Source of the DNA: Deltaproteobacteria bacterium
GTDB lineage: Bacteria > Desulfobacterota > Binatia > DP-6
Direction of reading: 5' to 3'
Assembly: GCA_005879205.1 (NCBI GenBank)
Contig: VBLD01000118.1
Coordinates: forward strand, 4,218-61,090
DNA: 56,873 bases
Shown here: positions 8,646 to 18,701 of the stretch, in pieces
Layout of the letters: each line of letters begins with the position of its first letter
Numbering within the stretch: the first letter of the stretch is position 1
Notes under the pieces: model-generated
The model's input: the letters and a program-made list of their open reading frames with translations, nothing else
The model's database searches: none
Told to the model about the DNA's origin: nothing
Made by a program: the position numbers and the translations under genes

Positions 8646-9683
8646 ATGGCCGTTTACACCGAGCTCGGAACGCGCGAGCTCGCTGAAATTATCGAGGACT
8701 ACGGTCTCGCGAAGCTCAACGCGGCGAGCGGAATCGCTGCGGGATCCGTCAACACCTCTTATCTGCTCGATACCGCACGCGGAAAACATCTGCTCCGCAT
8801 CGACGAGGTGAAGAGCGAACTCGAGGTGAAGCGCGAGCTCGATCTCCTGCTCTTCCTGCGCAAACACGGCTTCCCCTGCCCGCAGCCGCTCGCCGATCGC
8901 AAAGGCCGGCATCACCGCGAAGTGAGCGGCAAGTGCCTCACGCTCTACCGCTACGTCGAAGGCCACACCGTGTCCCCCGCACGCCTCACGGCGGCGCAGA
9001 TCGAGAACGTCGGCCGCGTGCTCGCAGACCTCCACACCATCGGCAAGAGCTACAAGAAGGGTATCGACAACCGCTTCAGCTACGACCGCGTGGCGGACCT
9101 CTACGCGCAGGTGCGCGAGCGGCTTCCCTCGTATTTCAAGCGGATCGTCCGCACGCTCGACGACGAGGTCGATTACCTCCAGGGATATCTCGAGAACAAG
9201 TTGCCGAAGGGCGTCATCCACGGCGATCTCTTCGACGACAACGTCATCTTCAAGGGCGACAAGGTCGTCGCCATGCTCGATTTCGAGGCGGCGTGCCGCG
9301 GCAAGTTCATCTTCGACCTCGCCACCGCGGTGAACGCCCTCTGCTTCGACGGCGAGAGCTACCAGCTCAAGCGCTTCGAGGCGCTCATCCTGGGCTACGA
9401 GTCGCTGCGTGCTCTTTCACTCGCCGAATGGGATGCGTTCCCGAACGAGCTCCGCTTCTCGGCGCTTCGTTTCACGATCACGCGTTTGCACGATTTCTTC
9501 CTGAACCCGGTCGACGCGCGCGCCCGGGTGGACAAGGACTTCCGGGAGTTCTACGAGCGGCTGCGGATCTTGCGGCGGGAGCGGGACGGCGGCATGGAAG
9601 GGCTGCTCATGGCCATGGCCACCGGCTACGACTACCGCAAGTACCAGAAGGTGAAGGCGCTCGAGAAGAAGGGCTCGCACTAG
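8646..9683 (+). CDS. thrB: Homoserine kinase type II (protein-kinase-fold / APH family)
   Basis: MAVYTELGTRELAEIIEDYGL...GIAAGSVNTSYLL N-terminus typical of ThrB type II. VIHGDLFDDNV catalytic loop and MLDFEAA. 345 aa. Confidence 0.75.
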   Translation: MAVYTELGTRELAEIIEDYGLAKLNAASGIAAGSVNTSYLLDTARGKHLLRIDEVKSELEVKRELDLLLFLRKHGFPCPQPLADRKGRHHREVSGKCLTLYRYVEGHTVSPARLTAAQIENVGRVLADLHTIGKSYKKGIDNRFSYDRVADLYAQVRERLPSYFKRIVRTLDDEVDYLQGYLENKLPKGVIHGDLFDDNVIFKGDKVVAMLDFEAACRGKFIFDLATAVNALCFDGESYQLKRFEALILGYESLRALSLAEWDAFPNELRFSALRFTITRLHDFFLNPVDARARVDKDFREFYERLRILRRERDGGMEGLLMAMATGYDYRKYQKVKALEKKGSH

Positions 9684-9721
9684 GCTCACGCGAGCGCGCC
9701 GGGCTCCCCCCCGGCCTCCCG

Positions 9722-10633
9722 ATGAAGATCACCGACATCCTCGCCCGCGGCGGGCCCTGTATCTCGTTCGAGTTCTTTCCGCCGAAAACGCCGGAGGGCG
9801 AAGCGGCCCTCATGCGCACGATCGAGGCGCTCAAGCCTCTCGGACCGGGATTCGTCTCCGTGACGCGCACCGGTGCCAAGCCGCGCGAGGCACCCGTGGA
9901 GCTCGTGACCCGAATCCGTGCGCTCGGCATCGAGGCGGCGGCGCACGTGACCTGCATCGAGGCCAGTCGCGACGAGCTTGCCGCGCACTACGACCTGATC
10001 CAGGCGCGCGGCATCGAGAACGTGGTCGCGATTCGCGGCGATCGGCCGAGCGACCCGCAGTTCCGCCAGCCGCCGGACGGATTTCGGTACGCCGTCGACA
10101 TGATCCGCTACGTGCGCGCACGCGGCCACGAGCTCTGCCTGGTGGGTGGCGGCCATCCCGAGGGTCATCCCGACTGCCGGGACCTGGAGCTCAACATCCG
10201 GCACCTCCAGATGAAGGTCGACGCCGGGCTCGATGCGGTCATCACGCAGTTGTTCTACGACAACGCCGACTATTTCGCGTTCGTCGAGCGGGCGCGGCGG
10301 GCGGGCATCGGCGTGCCGCTCATCCCGGGCATCATGCCGATCACGAACGTGCCGCAGATCGAGCGGATCACGGCGCTCAGCGGCAACCAGATTCCCGCTG
10401 CGCTGCGCGTCGCGCTCGAGCGCGCGCGCGACGACGAGGACGCAGCGCTCGACGTCGGCGTGGAATGGGCGACGCGGCAATGTGCGGAGCTGTTGCGCAG
10501 CGGTGCTCCCGGGATTCACTTCTACACGCTCAACAAATCGCCGGCGACGCGCGCGATCTTCGAGAATCTCGGCGCTGAAGGCCTGGTGGGAACGCCCGCG
10601 CCGCGCCTTGCCACACCGTCCGCCATCCGTTAG
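9722..10633 (+). CDS. metF: 5,10-methylenetetrahydrofolate reductase
   Basis: [49 protein letters not shown] blocks. Confidence 0.9.
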   Translation: MKITDILARGGPCISFEFFPPKTPEGEAALMRTIEALKPLGPGFVSVTRTGAKPREAPVELVTRIRALGIEAAAHVTCIEASRDELAAHYDLIQARGIENVVAIRGDRPSDPQFRQPPDGFRYAVDMIRYVRARGHELCLVGGGHPEGHPDCRDLELNIRHLQMKVDAGLDAVITQLFYDNADYFAFVERARRAGIGVPLIPGIMPITNVPQIERITALSGNQIPAALRVALERARDDEDAALDVGVEWATRQCAELLRSGAPGIHFYTLNKSPATRAIFENLGAEGLVGTPAPRLATPSAIR

Positions 10634-10646
10634 ACGGAGCCGAGCG

Positions 10647-11204
10647 ATGCCCGACGAGCTCGAGGCGCACGTGCGTGCGATCCTGCGCGCCCTCGACCCG
10701 GAGCCTGGGCGAGAAGGACTCCGGCGCACGCCCGCGCGCGTTGTCCGCGCGCTCGAGTTTCTCACGCGAGGATACGGCGTCGATCCAAAGCAGATCATCA
10801 ACGGGGCGCTCTTCGTCGAGGACTACTCGGAGATGATCGTGCTCAAGGACATCGACTTCTACTCGATGTGCGAGCACCACGTCTTGCCCTTCTTCGGCAA
10901 GGCACACGTCGCCTACCTGCCGCAGCAGCGGATCATCGGGATCAGCAAGGTGGCGCGGCTCGTCGAGGTCTTCGCGCGCCGGCTGCAGGTCCAGGAGCGC
11001 ATGACGACCCAGATCGCGAACACGATCATGCAGGAGCTGGATCCCCTGGGAGTGGGCGTCGTGCTCGAGGCCGAGCACCTCTGCATGCGCATGCGCGGCG
11101 TCGAGAAGCAGAACTCCGTCGTGCTGACGAGCACGATGCTCGGCGCGTTCCGCGAGCATCAGGCGACCCGCGAGGAGTTCATGACCCTGATCGGGCGGCG
11201 GTGA
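10647..11204 (+). CDS. folE: GTP cyclohydrolase I
   Basis: [53 protein letters not shown] upstream. Confidence 0.9.
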   Translation: MPDELEAHVRAILRALDPEPGREGLRRTPARVVRALEFLTRGYGVDPKQIINGALFVEDYSEMIVLKDIDFYSMCEHHVLPFFGKAHVAYLPQQRIIGISKVARLVEVFARRLQVQERMTTQIANTIMQELDPLGVGVVLEAEHLCMRMRGVEKQNSVVLTSTMLGAFREHQATREEFMTLIGRR

Positions 11205-11644
11205 GCGGGGCGCGGCTCGCCGCGCACGCCGTCCGTCTGCTCGGTCCGGTCGAGGGCCCCGTCGCGATCGCCGTGCCCCCGCGGCTGGGTGCGCATCTCG
11301 GGACGCATCTCTCGGCCGCCGCAGAGGGCGACGTGCCGACGGCTGCCGTCGTGGCCTTCCTCGGCAGCGCGCCCGGGCCGGCGAAGCGCCAGGCGCTCCT
11401 TGCCGCGCTGCGCAACCGGCTGCCGGTGGGCGCACCGATCGTCCTCCTGGACCACAGCCAGCCGCGAGCGCCCTGGCGGCGGGCGATCGGTGCGCTGCAT
11501 CTCGCCGCCCGCGGCCTCTGGCCGTCCCGCGCCCGCTATCCGGCGGCGCGCGAGCTGGCGGCCCTCGGCTTCACGGTCGAGCGGCTCCGGCTCGCCTGCG
11601 GCGAGCGGGCGCAACTGGTGGTGGCCCGACGCCCTGCCCCTTGA
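11201..11644 (+). CDS. Hypothetical protein (C-terminus resembles the end of a class I methyltransferase)
   Basis: GTG 11201 overlaps the folE stop (GTGA). High third-position G/C throughout. [27 protein letters not shown] tail. No catalytic motif recognised. Confidence 0.45.
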   Translation: MSGARLAAHAVRLLGPVEGPVAIAVPPRLGAHLGTHLSAAAEGDVPTAAVVAFLGSAPGPAKRQALLAALRNRLPVGAPIVLLDHSQPRAPWRRAIGALHLAARGLWPSRARYPAARELAALGFTVERLRLACGERAQLVVARRPAP

Positions 11645-12399
11645 CGCGGGAAGCGGGGTGTCGGCACTGTGCGCCGCCACCCGTGGAGACGATACCGCCC
11701 CCATCGGTCGCACTGCTCGCCCTCGAGGGCCGCGCGTGGCTCGAGCTCGCCGCGCTGGTGCCGGCGTTGCCGCTGCTCGGCCGCGCCCCGGTCGGCGACG
11801 GACATCCCGTGCTCGTGCTGCCGGGCTGGCTCGCGAGCGACCGTTCGACGCAAGCGCTCCGCTGGTTCCTCCGCAACCGCGGTTACCATGCGCACGGTTG
11901 GAGGCTCGGCCGGAACTACGGACCGAGCGGCGCGCTCAGGACGGCACTCGCCGAGCGCTTCACGGCGCTGCGCCAGCGTCATGGCCGCCGCCTCAGCCTG
12001 ATCGGCTGGAGCCTGGGCGGCATCTACGCGCGCGAGCTCGCGCGCCGCTTTCCGCGCGACGTGCGCCAGGTGATCACGCTCGCGAGCCCGTTTCGTGACC
12101 CGTCGGCCACGAGCATCGGGCGGTTCTTCGGCGCTCGCCGCGACGGCCCGCCGGCCGGGCCGCATGCGCCGCCCGGCGTACCTCTCCCCGTGCCGTCCAC
12201 GTCCGTCTACAGCCGCAGCGACGGGATCGTCGCGTGGCGGAGCTGTCTCGAGGAGGGGGGCCCGCAGCGGGAGAGCGTCGAAGTGCGCAGCAGCCATTGC
12301 GGGATGGGACACCATCCTGCCGTCCTGCTCGTCATCGCGGACCGCCTGGCCCAGCCCGAGGGCGCCTGGCGGCCGTTCGGAGAGGGAGACCATCCATGA
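11641..12399 (+). CDS. Alpha/beta-fold hydrolase
   Basis: PVLVLPGW, nucleophile elbow LIGWSLGG, SRSDGIV, CGMGHH. Start is TTG 11641 (overlapping the upstream stop) or GTG 11683. Confidence 0.65.
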   Translation: MTREAGCRHCAPPPVETIPPPSVALLALEGRAWLELAALVPALPLLGRAPVGDGHPVLVLPGWLASDRSTQALRWFLRNRGYHAHGWRLGRNYGPSGALRTALAERFTALRQRHGRRLSLIGWSLGGIYARELARRFPRDVRQVITLASPFRDPSATSIGRFFGARRDGPPAGPHAPPGVPLPVPSTSVYSRSDGIVAWRSCLEEGGPQRESVEVRSSHCGMGHHPAVLLVIADRLAQPEGAWRPFGEGDHP

Positions 12400-14018
12400 G
12401 CTGGAACCTCGGCGACATCTTCGACACGCTCGGCGAGGCCGTACCGGGCGACAACCCGGCACTCCTCCACGGCGAATCCGCCGTCAGCTGGACGGCGTTC
12501 ACGCGGCGTACGAACAACCTGGCGGCCGCGCTCCGCGCAGGCGGGGCACGGCCGGGGGACAAGGTGGCCCTCTACCTGCGTAACCGGCCCGAGTATCTGG
12601 AGACCACCGTCGCCTGCTTCAAGGCACGTCTGGTCCACGTCAACGTCAACTTCCGCTATCTCGCCGACGAGCTCCAGTACATCATCGACAACGCCGACGC
12701 CAAGTTCGTCGTCTTCGCCGGCGAATTCGCCGACCGCCTCGATGCGCTCCGCCCGCGGCTGCCGAAGGTGCAGACCTACCTCCAGGTGGACGACGGGACC
12801 CCGTTCGCGCCCTTTGCCGAGGCCTACGAGCCCCTCGCTGCCGAGGGTAGCGGGACGCCGCTCGGCATCGAGCGCTCGCCCGACGACCTGCTGTTCCTCT
12901 ACACCGGCGGCACGACCGGCATGCCGAAGGGGGTCATGTGGCGGTCCGAGGATCTCTGGGGCGCGCTCGGCGGCGGGGGGAACCCGGTGCTCGGCGAGGC
13001 GCCCGTCGCCTCGCTCGACGACCTCGCGACGCGCGTCCGTGCCCGCGGCCCCGGGTTCCGCCACCTGCCCGCCTGTCCCCTCATGCACGGCACCGGACTG
13101 TTCACCGCCTTGATCACCCTCGGCGCGGGCGGCGCGATCGCCACGCTCCCGGGCGTCAACTTCGACCCGCACGAGCTCTGGCAGGCCGTCGGCCGCCAGG
13201 CCATCAACACCATCGCCATCGTCGGCGACGCCTTCGCCAAGCCGATGCTGCGGGCACTGGACGAGCGGCGGGGCGACTACCGGCTCGACACGTTGCTGTC
13301 GATCATCTCCTCGGGGGTCATGTGGTCGCCGGAGGTGAAGCGGGCGCTGCTCGCGCACCATCCGAACATGATCCTCTTCGACTCCTTCGGCTCCTCGGAG
13401 GCCGTCGGCTTCGGCGCCTCGATCACCACCGCTGCAGGCGAGTCGCGGACGGGCCGCTTCCAGCTCGCCGAGAAGGTGAAGGTCTTCACCGAGGACGGCC
13501 GGGAGGTGCAGCCCGGAAGCGATGAGTCCGGCGTCGTCGCGCACGGCGGCCCGATCCCCGTCGGCTACTACAAGGACCCCGAAAAGACGGCCCGGACGTT
13601 TCGGGTCATCAACGGCGTCCGCTACGTGATCCCCGGCGACTGGTGCCGGGTGGAGGCGGACGGGGCGCTCACGCTTCTCGGCCGCGGCAGCGTGTGCATC
13701 AACACCGCCGGCGAGAAGGTCTATCCGGAAGAGGTCGAGGAGATGCTGAAGACGCACCCTGCCGTGTACGATGCGGTCGTCGTCGGCGTGCCCGACGAGA
13801 AGTGGGGACAGGCCGTTGTCGGGGTCGTCGAGCTCAACCCGGGGACCCGGGTCTCCGAGGAGGAGATCCGCGCCCACGTGCGCCAACGGCTGGCCGGCTT
13901 CAAGACGCCCAAGCGGGTGCTGGTCGTCGAGTCGATCGGGCGGGCGGCGAACGGAAAGGCGGACTACGCCGGCATGGCGCGGCTGGCGGAGCAGCGGCTC
14001 GCGGGCCCCGCCGCGTAA
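12396..14018 (+). CDS. Acyl-CoA synthetase (AMP-forming, ANL superfamily)
   Basis: ATGA overlap with the upstream gene. LFLYTGGTTGMPKGVMW (AMP-binding P-loop), GDWCRVEADG, GRGSVCINTAGEKVYPEEVE, FKTPK. Confidence 0.85.
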   Translation: MSWNLGDIFDTLGEAVPGDNPALLHGESAVSWTAFTRRTNNLAAALRAGGARPGDKVALYLRNRPEYLETTVACFKARLVHVNVNFRYLADELQYIIDNADAKFVVFAGEFADRLDALRPRLPKVQTYLQVDDGTPFAPFAEAYEPLAAEGSGTPLGIERSPDDLLFLYTGGTTGMPKGVMWRSEDLWGALGGGGNPVLGEAPVASLDDLATRVRARGPGFRHLPACPLMHGTGLFTALITLGAGGAIATLPGVNFDPHELWQAVGRQAINTIAIVGDAFAKPMLRALDERRGDYRLDTLLSIISSGVMWSPEVKRALLAHHPNMILFDSFGSSEAVGFGASITTAAGESRTGRFQLAEKVKVFTEDGREVQPGSDESGVVAHGGPIPVGYYKDPEKTARTFRVINGVRYVIPGDWCRVEADGALTLLGRGSVCINTAGEKVYPEEVEEMLKTHPAVYDAVVVGVPDEKWGQAVVGVVELNPGTRVSEEEIRAHVRQRLAGFKTPKRVLVVESIGRAANGKADYAGMARLAEQRLAGPAA

Positions 14019-14033
14019 GCGAGCACATCCGTA

Positions 14034-15746
14034 TCAGAACCGGGCGAACCAGGGCGTCCCCGGCCGGCCCGGGTGCTCCACCACGATCTTGTAGTGGGAG
14101 AGCAGGTGCCCCTGGGCGCGCCGCCAGCGCGCAACGGAGAGCGCGAAGTCGATCTTCGCCTGCACTTCCGCGGCCCGCGCGCTCGTCAGCCGGGTCTGGA
14201 AGTCGAGCAGGTCCTTCGTGGTGGCCATGCCGACCTCGTGCCGCTTCTCCTGGTTGCGCAGATTCTCCTCCGCCAGCGCACGCGCGACGCGGGTCGTGTC
14301 GATACCCTGGCGCGTCGAGGTGACGTCGGCCGCGCTCTGGCGGACGTCGAGCGTCACGTTCGAGAGGAGCTGGCGGTGATTCAGCTCCGCCTGGCTGCGC
14401 GCGATGCGGCTCTGGGTCACCTGGCCGCGGGCGAGTGCGTTGGAGAGCGGCACCTGGAACTGGAGGCCGACCGAGTAGCTGCGGAAGTCGTTCGAGACGA
14501 GCCGGTCGTACGCTTCGCTTGCCGGGCCCGCGAAGGGCGAGTTGCAGGTGAACGTCCCGTTGCCGTTGTCGACGCAGTTGCCACTGGCGAAGTTGCTCGT
14601 CGTGACGCTCGGGCGGTTGGTGCCGCTGACCCCGTTCAGCCCGTAGCTGCCGCTCAGGTCGAGTCGCGGCAGGAGACCGTTCTCGGCGATCCGTTCGTTC
14701 AGCTGCTGGGCCTGGACATTCCGGACGGACGCCTGGATCTCGGGGCGGTCGGTCAGCGCGGTGGCGATCCCGTGGTCGACGTCGATCGGGACCTCCTCGG
14801 GCGTCGCCTCCTCGAGCGGCTCGAGGTTGCGCGGCACGAACGTGCCGGCCGGGCGGTAGAAGGCGGTCTGCGCGAGTCGCTGCCGGCTGACGGTGAGGTC
14901 GTTCTCCGCCCTGATAACGTCGGCCTCGCGGCTCTTGGCGTCCGCCTGCGCCTCGAGCACCGCGACGGGTGGCAGCAACCCGACCCGCACCCGCGCCTCG
15001 TTCTCGTCGACGGTGCGATCGGCGAGCGCCTTCGATTCGCGCTGCACCTCGAGGGTCTCGCGGGCGCGGACGACGTTCCAGTACGCCTCGATCACCGACT
15101 CGACGAAGTCGGCGAGCTGGGCTTCGTATTGGTAGACGGAGGCGTCGGCGGTCTGCTGCGCCACCCGCACGCCGAAGTTGCGGAGCAGCGGCTGCAGCAC
15201 GGAGAAGTTCAGCCGCGGCTGGTACTGGGGGCGTAGCTGGTTGAAGCGCGCGTTGGCGTCGACGCGCTCGTTCAGGAAATCGATCACCGTCTGGGTGCCG
15301 GTGCGGAACGTCTTCAGCAGATGGAAGTTGGCGCTGCGGTCGTCGATCTCCTGCGTGCGTGTGCCGGCGAGCGAGCTGGTGTTCGGCGTCGTGCTGCGGC
15401 TGCGCAGCAGCTCGCCCGCCAGCGTCGGGTCGTACTGCGCCTGCGTCTGGAGCACGCCGGCATCCTGACGCGCCGGCTCGAGCCGCTGGGCGGCGATGCC
15501 CGGGTTGTTCTCGAGCGCGATGCCGATCGTCTCCTTGAGCGTCACCCGCTGGACCTCGTCGTCGTGCGTGATCGGCGTCGGGACGCGGAGCGCCTCGCTC
15601 TCCGGCAGGCTCCGGCGCCACGACGGGATGAGGCCCGCCCCGCGCCATGTCGGGCCGCCGGCGCCGGAAGACTCCGCGCCGGCACAGGGCAGCGCCAGGA
15701 ACAGCGACGACACGGCGAAGCAGAAGAACGGAACGCGGCGGGACAC
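14034..15746 (-). CDS. TolC-family outer-membrane efflux protein
   Basis: GTG start, signal peptide (FFCFAVSSLFLALPCAGA), LTLKETIGIALENNPGI, and two OEP repeats with coiled-coil segments. 570 aa. Confidence 0.8.
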   Translation of the reverse strand: MSRRVPFFCFAVSSLFLALPCAGAESSGAGGPTWRGAGLIPSWRRSLPESEALRVPTPITHDDEVQRVTLKETIGIALENNPGIAAQRLEPARQDAGVLQTQAQYDPTLAGELLRSRSTTPNTSSLAGTRTQEIDDRSANFHLLKTFRTGTQTVIDFLNERVDANARFNQLRPQYQPRLNFSVLQPLLRNFGVRVAQQTADASVYQYEAQLADFVESVIEAYWNVVRARETLEVQRESKALADRTVDENEARVRVGLLPPVAVLEAQADAKSREADVIRAENDLTVSRQRLAQTAFYRPAGTFVPRNLEPLEEATPEEVPIDVDHGIATALTDRPEIQASVRNVQAQQLNERIAENGLLPRLDLSGSYGLNGVSGTNRPSVTTSNFASGNCVDNGNGTFTCNSPFAGPASEAYDRLVSNDFRSYSVGLQFQVPLSNALARGQVTQSRIARSQAELNHRQLLSNVTLDVRQSAADVTSTRQGIDTTRVARALAEENLRNQEKRHEVGMATTKDLLDFQTRLTSARAAEVQAKIDFALSVARWRRAQGHLLSHYKIVVEHPGRPGTPWFARF

Positions 15747-15970
15747 TGCGAGTGCCGCTAACGGATAACCGGAGTCGAGTCAACGAATTGAAGCTGCACG
15801 ACGATCGTGGCCCCCCGCTGCCTTGACAATCCGTGGAGCGCGCGGCTAAACGAAAGAGAGAACGATCCCTCGCACGACTGGCGTTCGCGTGGAATTGACC
15901 ACGGGGGAGTGCTGATCGACCAGCGGGCCGAACGCCTGGGCCCACGGGGAACGGCGGGGTCCACGCAGTC

Positions 15971-17122
15971 GTGATCAAATCGTACCTGCTCGCGCCCGGT
16001 CCCACCCCGGTGCCACCCGAGGTGACGGCCGCTATGGCGATGCCGGTGATCCACCACCGGACGCCGCAGTTCGGCGAGATGCTGGCCGAGGTGCAGGAGG
16101 GGCTTCGCGAGCTCCTCGGCACCGCCAACGACGTCCTCGTGCTCGCCGCCTCCGGCACCGGCGCCATGGAAGGCTCGGTCACGAACCTGCTCTCCGCCGG
16201 CGACGAGGCGATCGTCGTCAACGGCGGCAAGTTCGGCGAGCGCTGGACGAAGATCTGCCAGGGCTACGGCGTCGCGGTCCACGAGGTGGCGGTGGAGTGG
16301 GGGCGTGCCGTCGAGCCGGCGGCGGTGACGCGCGCCCTCGAGGCGCATCCGAAGGCGCGCGCGCTGTTCGTCCAGGCGAGCGAGACGTCCACCTGCGCCC
16401 TCCATCCCGTGCCGGCGCTCGCCGAGCTCACCCGGCGGCGCGACGTGCTGCTCGTGGTCGACGGCATCACGGCGGTCGGCGTTCTCGAGCTCCCGATGGA
16501 CCGGCTCGGCATCGACGTGCTCGTCACCGGGTCGCAGAAGGCCCTGATGCTGCCGCCGGGGCTGGCCTTCGTCGCGCTCTCCGAGCGTGCCTGGGCGGCG
16601 ACGGAGCGCGCGCGGCTGCCGCGCTTCTACTTCGACTTCCGCCGCGAACGGAAGGGCGTGGCCGAGCGCTCGACCGCCTGGACGCCGGCCATCTCGCTCG
16701 TCTATGGACTGCGCGCCGCGCTCCGCCTGATGCTCGACGAGGGGCTCCCGGAGGTCTACGCCCGCCACGACCGGCTGGCGCGCGCGACGCGCGCCGCGGC
16801 GACGGCCCTCGGCCTCCGCCTGCTCGCCCCCGAGGCGCCGAGCCCGGCCGCCACCGCGATCTGCCTGCCGGACGGTCTCGACGGCAGCGCGCTCTTCCGC
16901 TACCTGCGCGACCGCATCCGGGTGACCTTCGCCGGGGGCCAGGATCGGCTCAAGGGAAAGATCATCCGGATCGCGCACCTCGGTTACGTCGACGCCTTCG
17001 ACGTGGTGACCGGCGTGGCAGCACTCGAGCTCGGGCTCCGCCACTTCGGCGCGCCGGTCGAGCTCGGGCGCGGCGTCGGCGCCGCCGAGGCGGTGCTCGC
17101 CGAGGGTCTGCCCGCACGCTGA
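15971..17122 (+). CDS. Class V aminotransferase (serine-glyoxylate/phosphoserine aminotransferase type)
   Basis: LLAPGPTPVPPEV, VVDGITAVG, GSQKALMLPPG (PLP-Lys). Ends 1 nt before serA, suggesting a serine-pathway role. Confidence 0.75.
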   Translation: MIKSYLLAPGPTPVPPEVTAAMAMPVIHHRTPQFGEMLAEVQEGLRELLGTANDVLVLAASGTGAMEGSVTNLLSAGDEAIVVNGGKFGERWTKICQGYGVAVHEVAVEWGRAVEPAAVTRALEAHPKARALFVQASETSTCALHPVPALAELTRRRDVLLVVDGITAVGVLELPMDRLGIDVLVTGSQKALMLPPGLAFVALSERAWAATERARLPRFYFDFRRERKGVAERSTAWTPAISLVYGLRAALRLMLDEGLPEVYARHDRLARATRAAATALGLRLLAPEAPSPAATAICLPDGLDGSALFRYLRDRIRVTFAGGQDRLKGKIIRIAHLGYVDAFDVVTGVAALELGLRHFGAPVELGRGVGAAEAVLAEGLPAR

Positions 17123-17123
17123 G

Positions 17124-18695
17124 ATGACGTACCGCGTCCTGCTGACCGATCCGCTCGGTCCCGAGGGGCTGGCGCAGCTCCGCCAGCGTTCGGAGCTGGA
17201 GGTCGTGGCGCGCACCGAGCTCGGCCCCGGCGAGCTCCGCGCGGCGATGCGCGGCTTCCATGCGCTCATCGTCCGCAGCCGCACGAAGGTCACGGCGGAC
17301 ACCCTCGCCGACGCCGACGCGCTGCGTGTGATCGGCCGGGCCGGCATCGGCGTCGACAACATCGACGTCGCCGCCGCCACCAAGCGCGGCGTGGTGGTCA
17401 TGAACACCCCCGGCGGGAGCAACGTCACGACGGCCGAGCACGCGATCGCGATGCTGCTCGCGCTGGCGCGCAACATCCCGCAGGCGGATGCCGCGGTGAA
17501 GGGCGGCAAATGGCCGCGCGAGCGCTGGATCGGTACCGAGGTCTGCAACAAGACGCTCGGCATCGTCGGCCTCGGCAACATCGGCACGATCGTGGCGGAG
17601 CGGGCCCTCGGGCTGTTCGACCCGTTCGTGACCGCCGAAGTGGCGGCACGACTCCGGGTCGAGCTGGTCTCGCTCGACGAGATCTACGCGCGCGCGGACT
17701 TCATCACCATCCACACCCCGCTGACGCCCGAGACGCGAGGCCTGATCGGCGCCGCCACCCTCGCCCGCATGAAGCGAGGTGTCCGCGTCGTCAACTGCGC
17801 GCGCGGCGGCATCGTCGACGAGGAGGCGCTCGCCGCCGCGATCCGCTCGGGCCAGGTGGCGGGCGCGGCGCTCGACGTCTTCGCCGAGGAGCCGCCCCGG
17901 CCGGGGCACCCGCTCCTCGGCCTCGACCAGGTGATCGCCACCCCGCACCTCGGCGCCTCGACCGGCGAGGCGCAGGTGAACGTCGCCATCGCCATCGCCC
18001 AGCAGGTGGCGGACTTTCTCTGTCGGGGGATCATCCAGAACGCGGTCAACGCGCCGTCGCTCTCGCCCGAGGTGGTGCAGGTCCTCCGCCCCTATCTGCT
18101 GCTCGCCGAGAAGCTCGGCGCGCTCGCCGGGCAGCTCCTCCCCGAGCCCCCGCTCGAGGTGACGGTCGAGGTGAGCGGCGAGGCGGCCGAGCGCGAGAGC
18201 CGGGCGCTCACCACCGCCGCGCTGCGCGGGCTCCTCGCCCAGCTCCTCGACCCGAGCGTCAACTACGTGAATGCGCCCGCGATCGCCCGCGAGCGGGGCA
18301 TCAAGGTCGTCGAGTCCCGGGCGACCCAGCTGAGCGACTACCTGAACGCGGTCCGCGTCGGCTTGCGGACGGCCTCGCGCACGACGGCGGTCGAGGGCGC
18401 GGTGTTCGGGGCCGAGACGATCCGCCTGACCAAGATCGACGGCTTCCGCATGGAGGCCGTCCCGGAGGGGCACATCCTGATGCTCCACAACCGCGACGTG
18501 CCGGGGGTGGTCGGCCGGGTCGGCACGCTCCTCGGCGAGCGCGGCATCAACATCGCCGGCATCGAGCTCGGCCGCGAGCGGGTGGGCGGCATGGCGCTGT
18601 CCCTGATCCACGTCGACGAGCCGGTGCCGCCCGAGGTGCTGGCGGAGCTGCGGCAGCTCCCGCAGATCGTCTCGGCCGACGTGCTGCAGCTGTAG
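17124..18695 (+). CDS. serA: D-3-phosphoglycerate dehydrogenase (long form with ASB and ACT domains)
   Basis: GRAGIGVDNID, GIVGLGNIG, ITIHTPLT, NCARGGIVDE, ATPHLGAST, C-terminal ACT (HNRDVPGVVGRVGTLLGERGINI). Six residues appear to be missing after the GxGxxG helix (see findings). Confidence 0.85.
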   Translation: MTYRVLLTDPLGPEGLAQLRQRSELEVVARTELGPGELRAAMRGFHALIVRSRTKVTADTLADADALRVIGRAGIGVDNIDVAAATKRGVVVMNTPGGSNVTTAEHAIAMLLALARNIPQADAAVKGGKWPRERWIGTEVCNKTLGIVGLGNIGTIVAERALGLFDPFVTAEVAARLRVELVSLDEIYARADFITIHTPLTPETRGLIGAATLARMKRGVRVVNCARGGIVDEEALAAAIRSGQVAGAALDVFAEEPPRPGHPLLGLDQVIATPHLGASTGEAQVNVAIAIAQQVADFLCRGIIQNAVNAPSLSPEVVQVLRPYLLLAEKLGALAGQLLPEPPLEVTVEVSGEAAERESRALTTAALRGLLAQLLDPSVNYVNAPAIARERGIKVVESRATQLSDYLNAVRVGLRTASRTTAVEGAVFGAETIRLTKIDGFRMEAVPEGHILMLHNRDVPGVVGRVGTLLGERGINIAGIELGRERVGGMALSLIHVDEPVPPEVLAELRQLPQIVSADVLQL

Positions 18696-18701
18696 GTCCG
18701 G

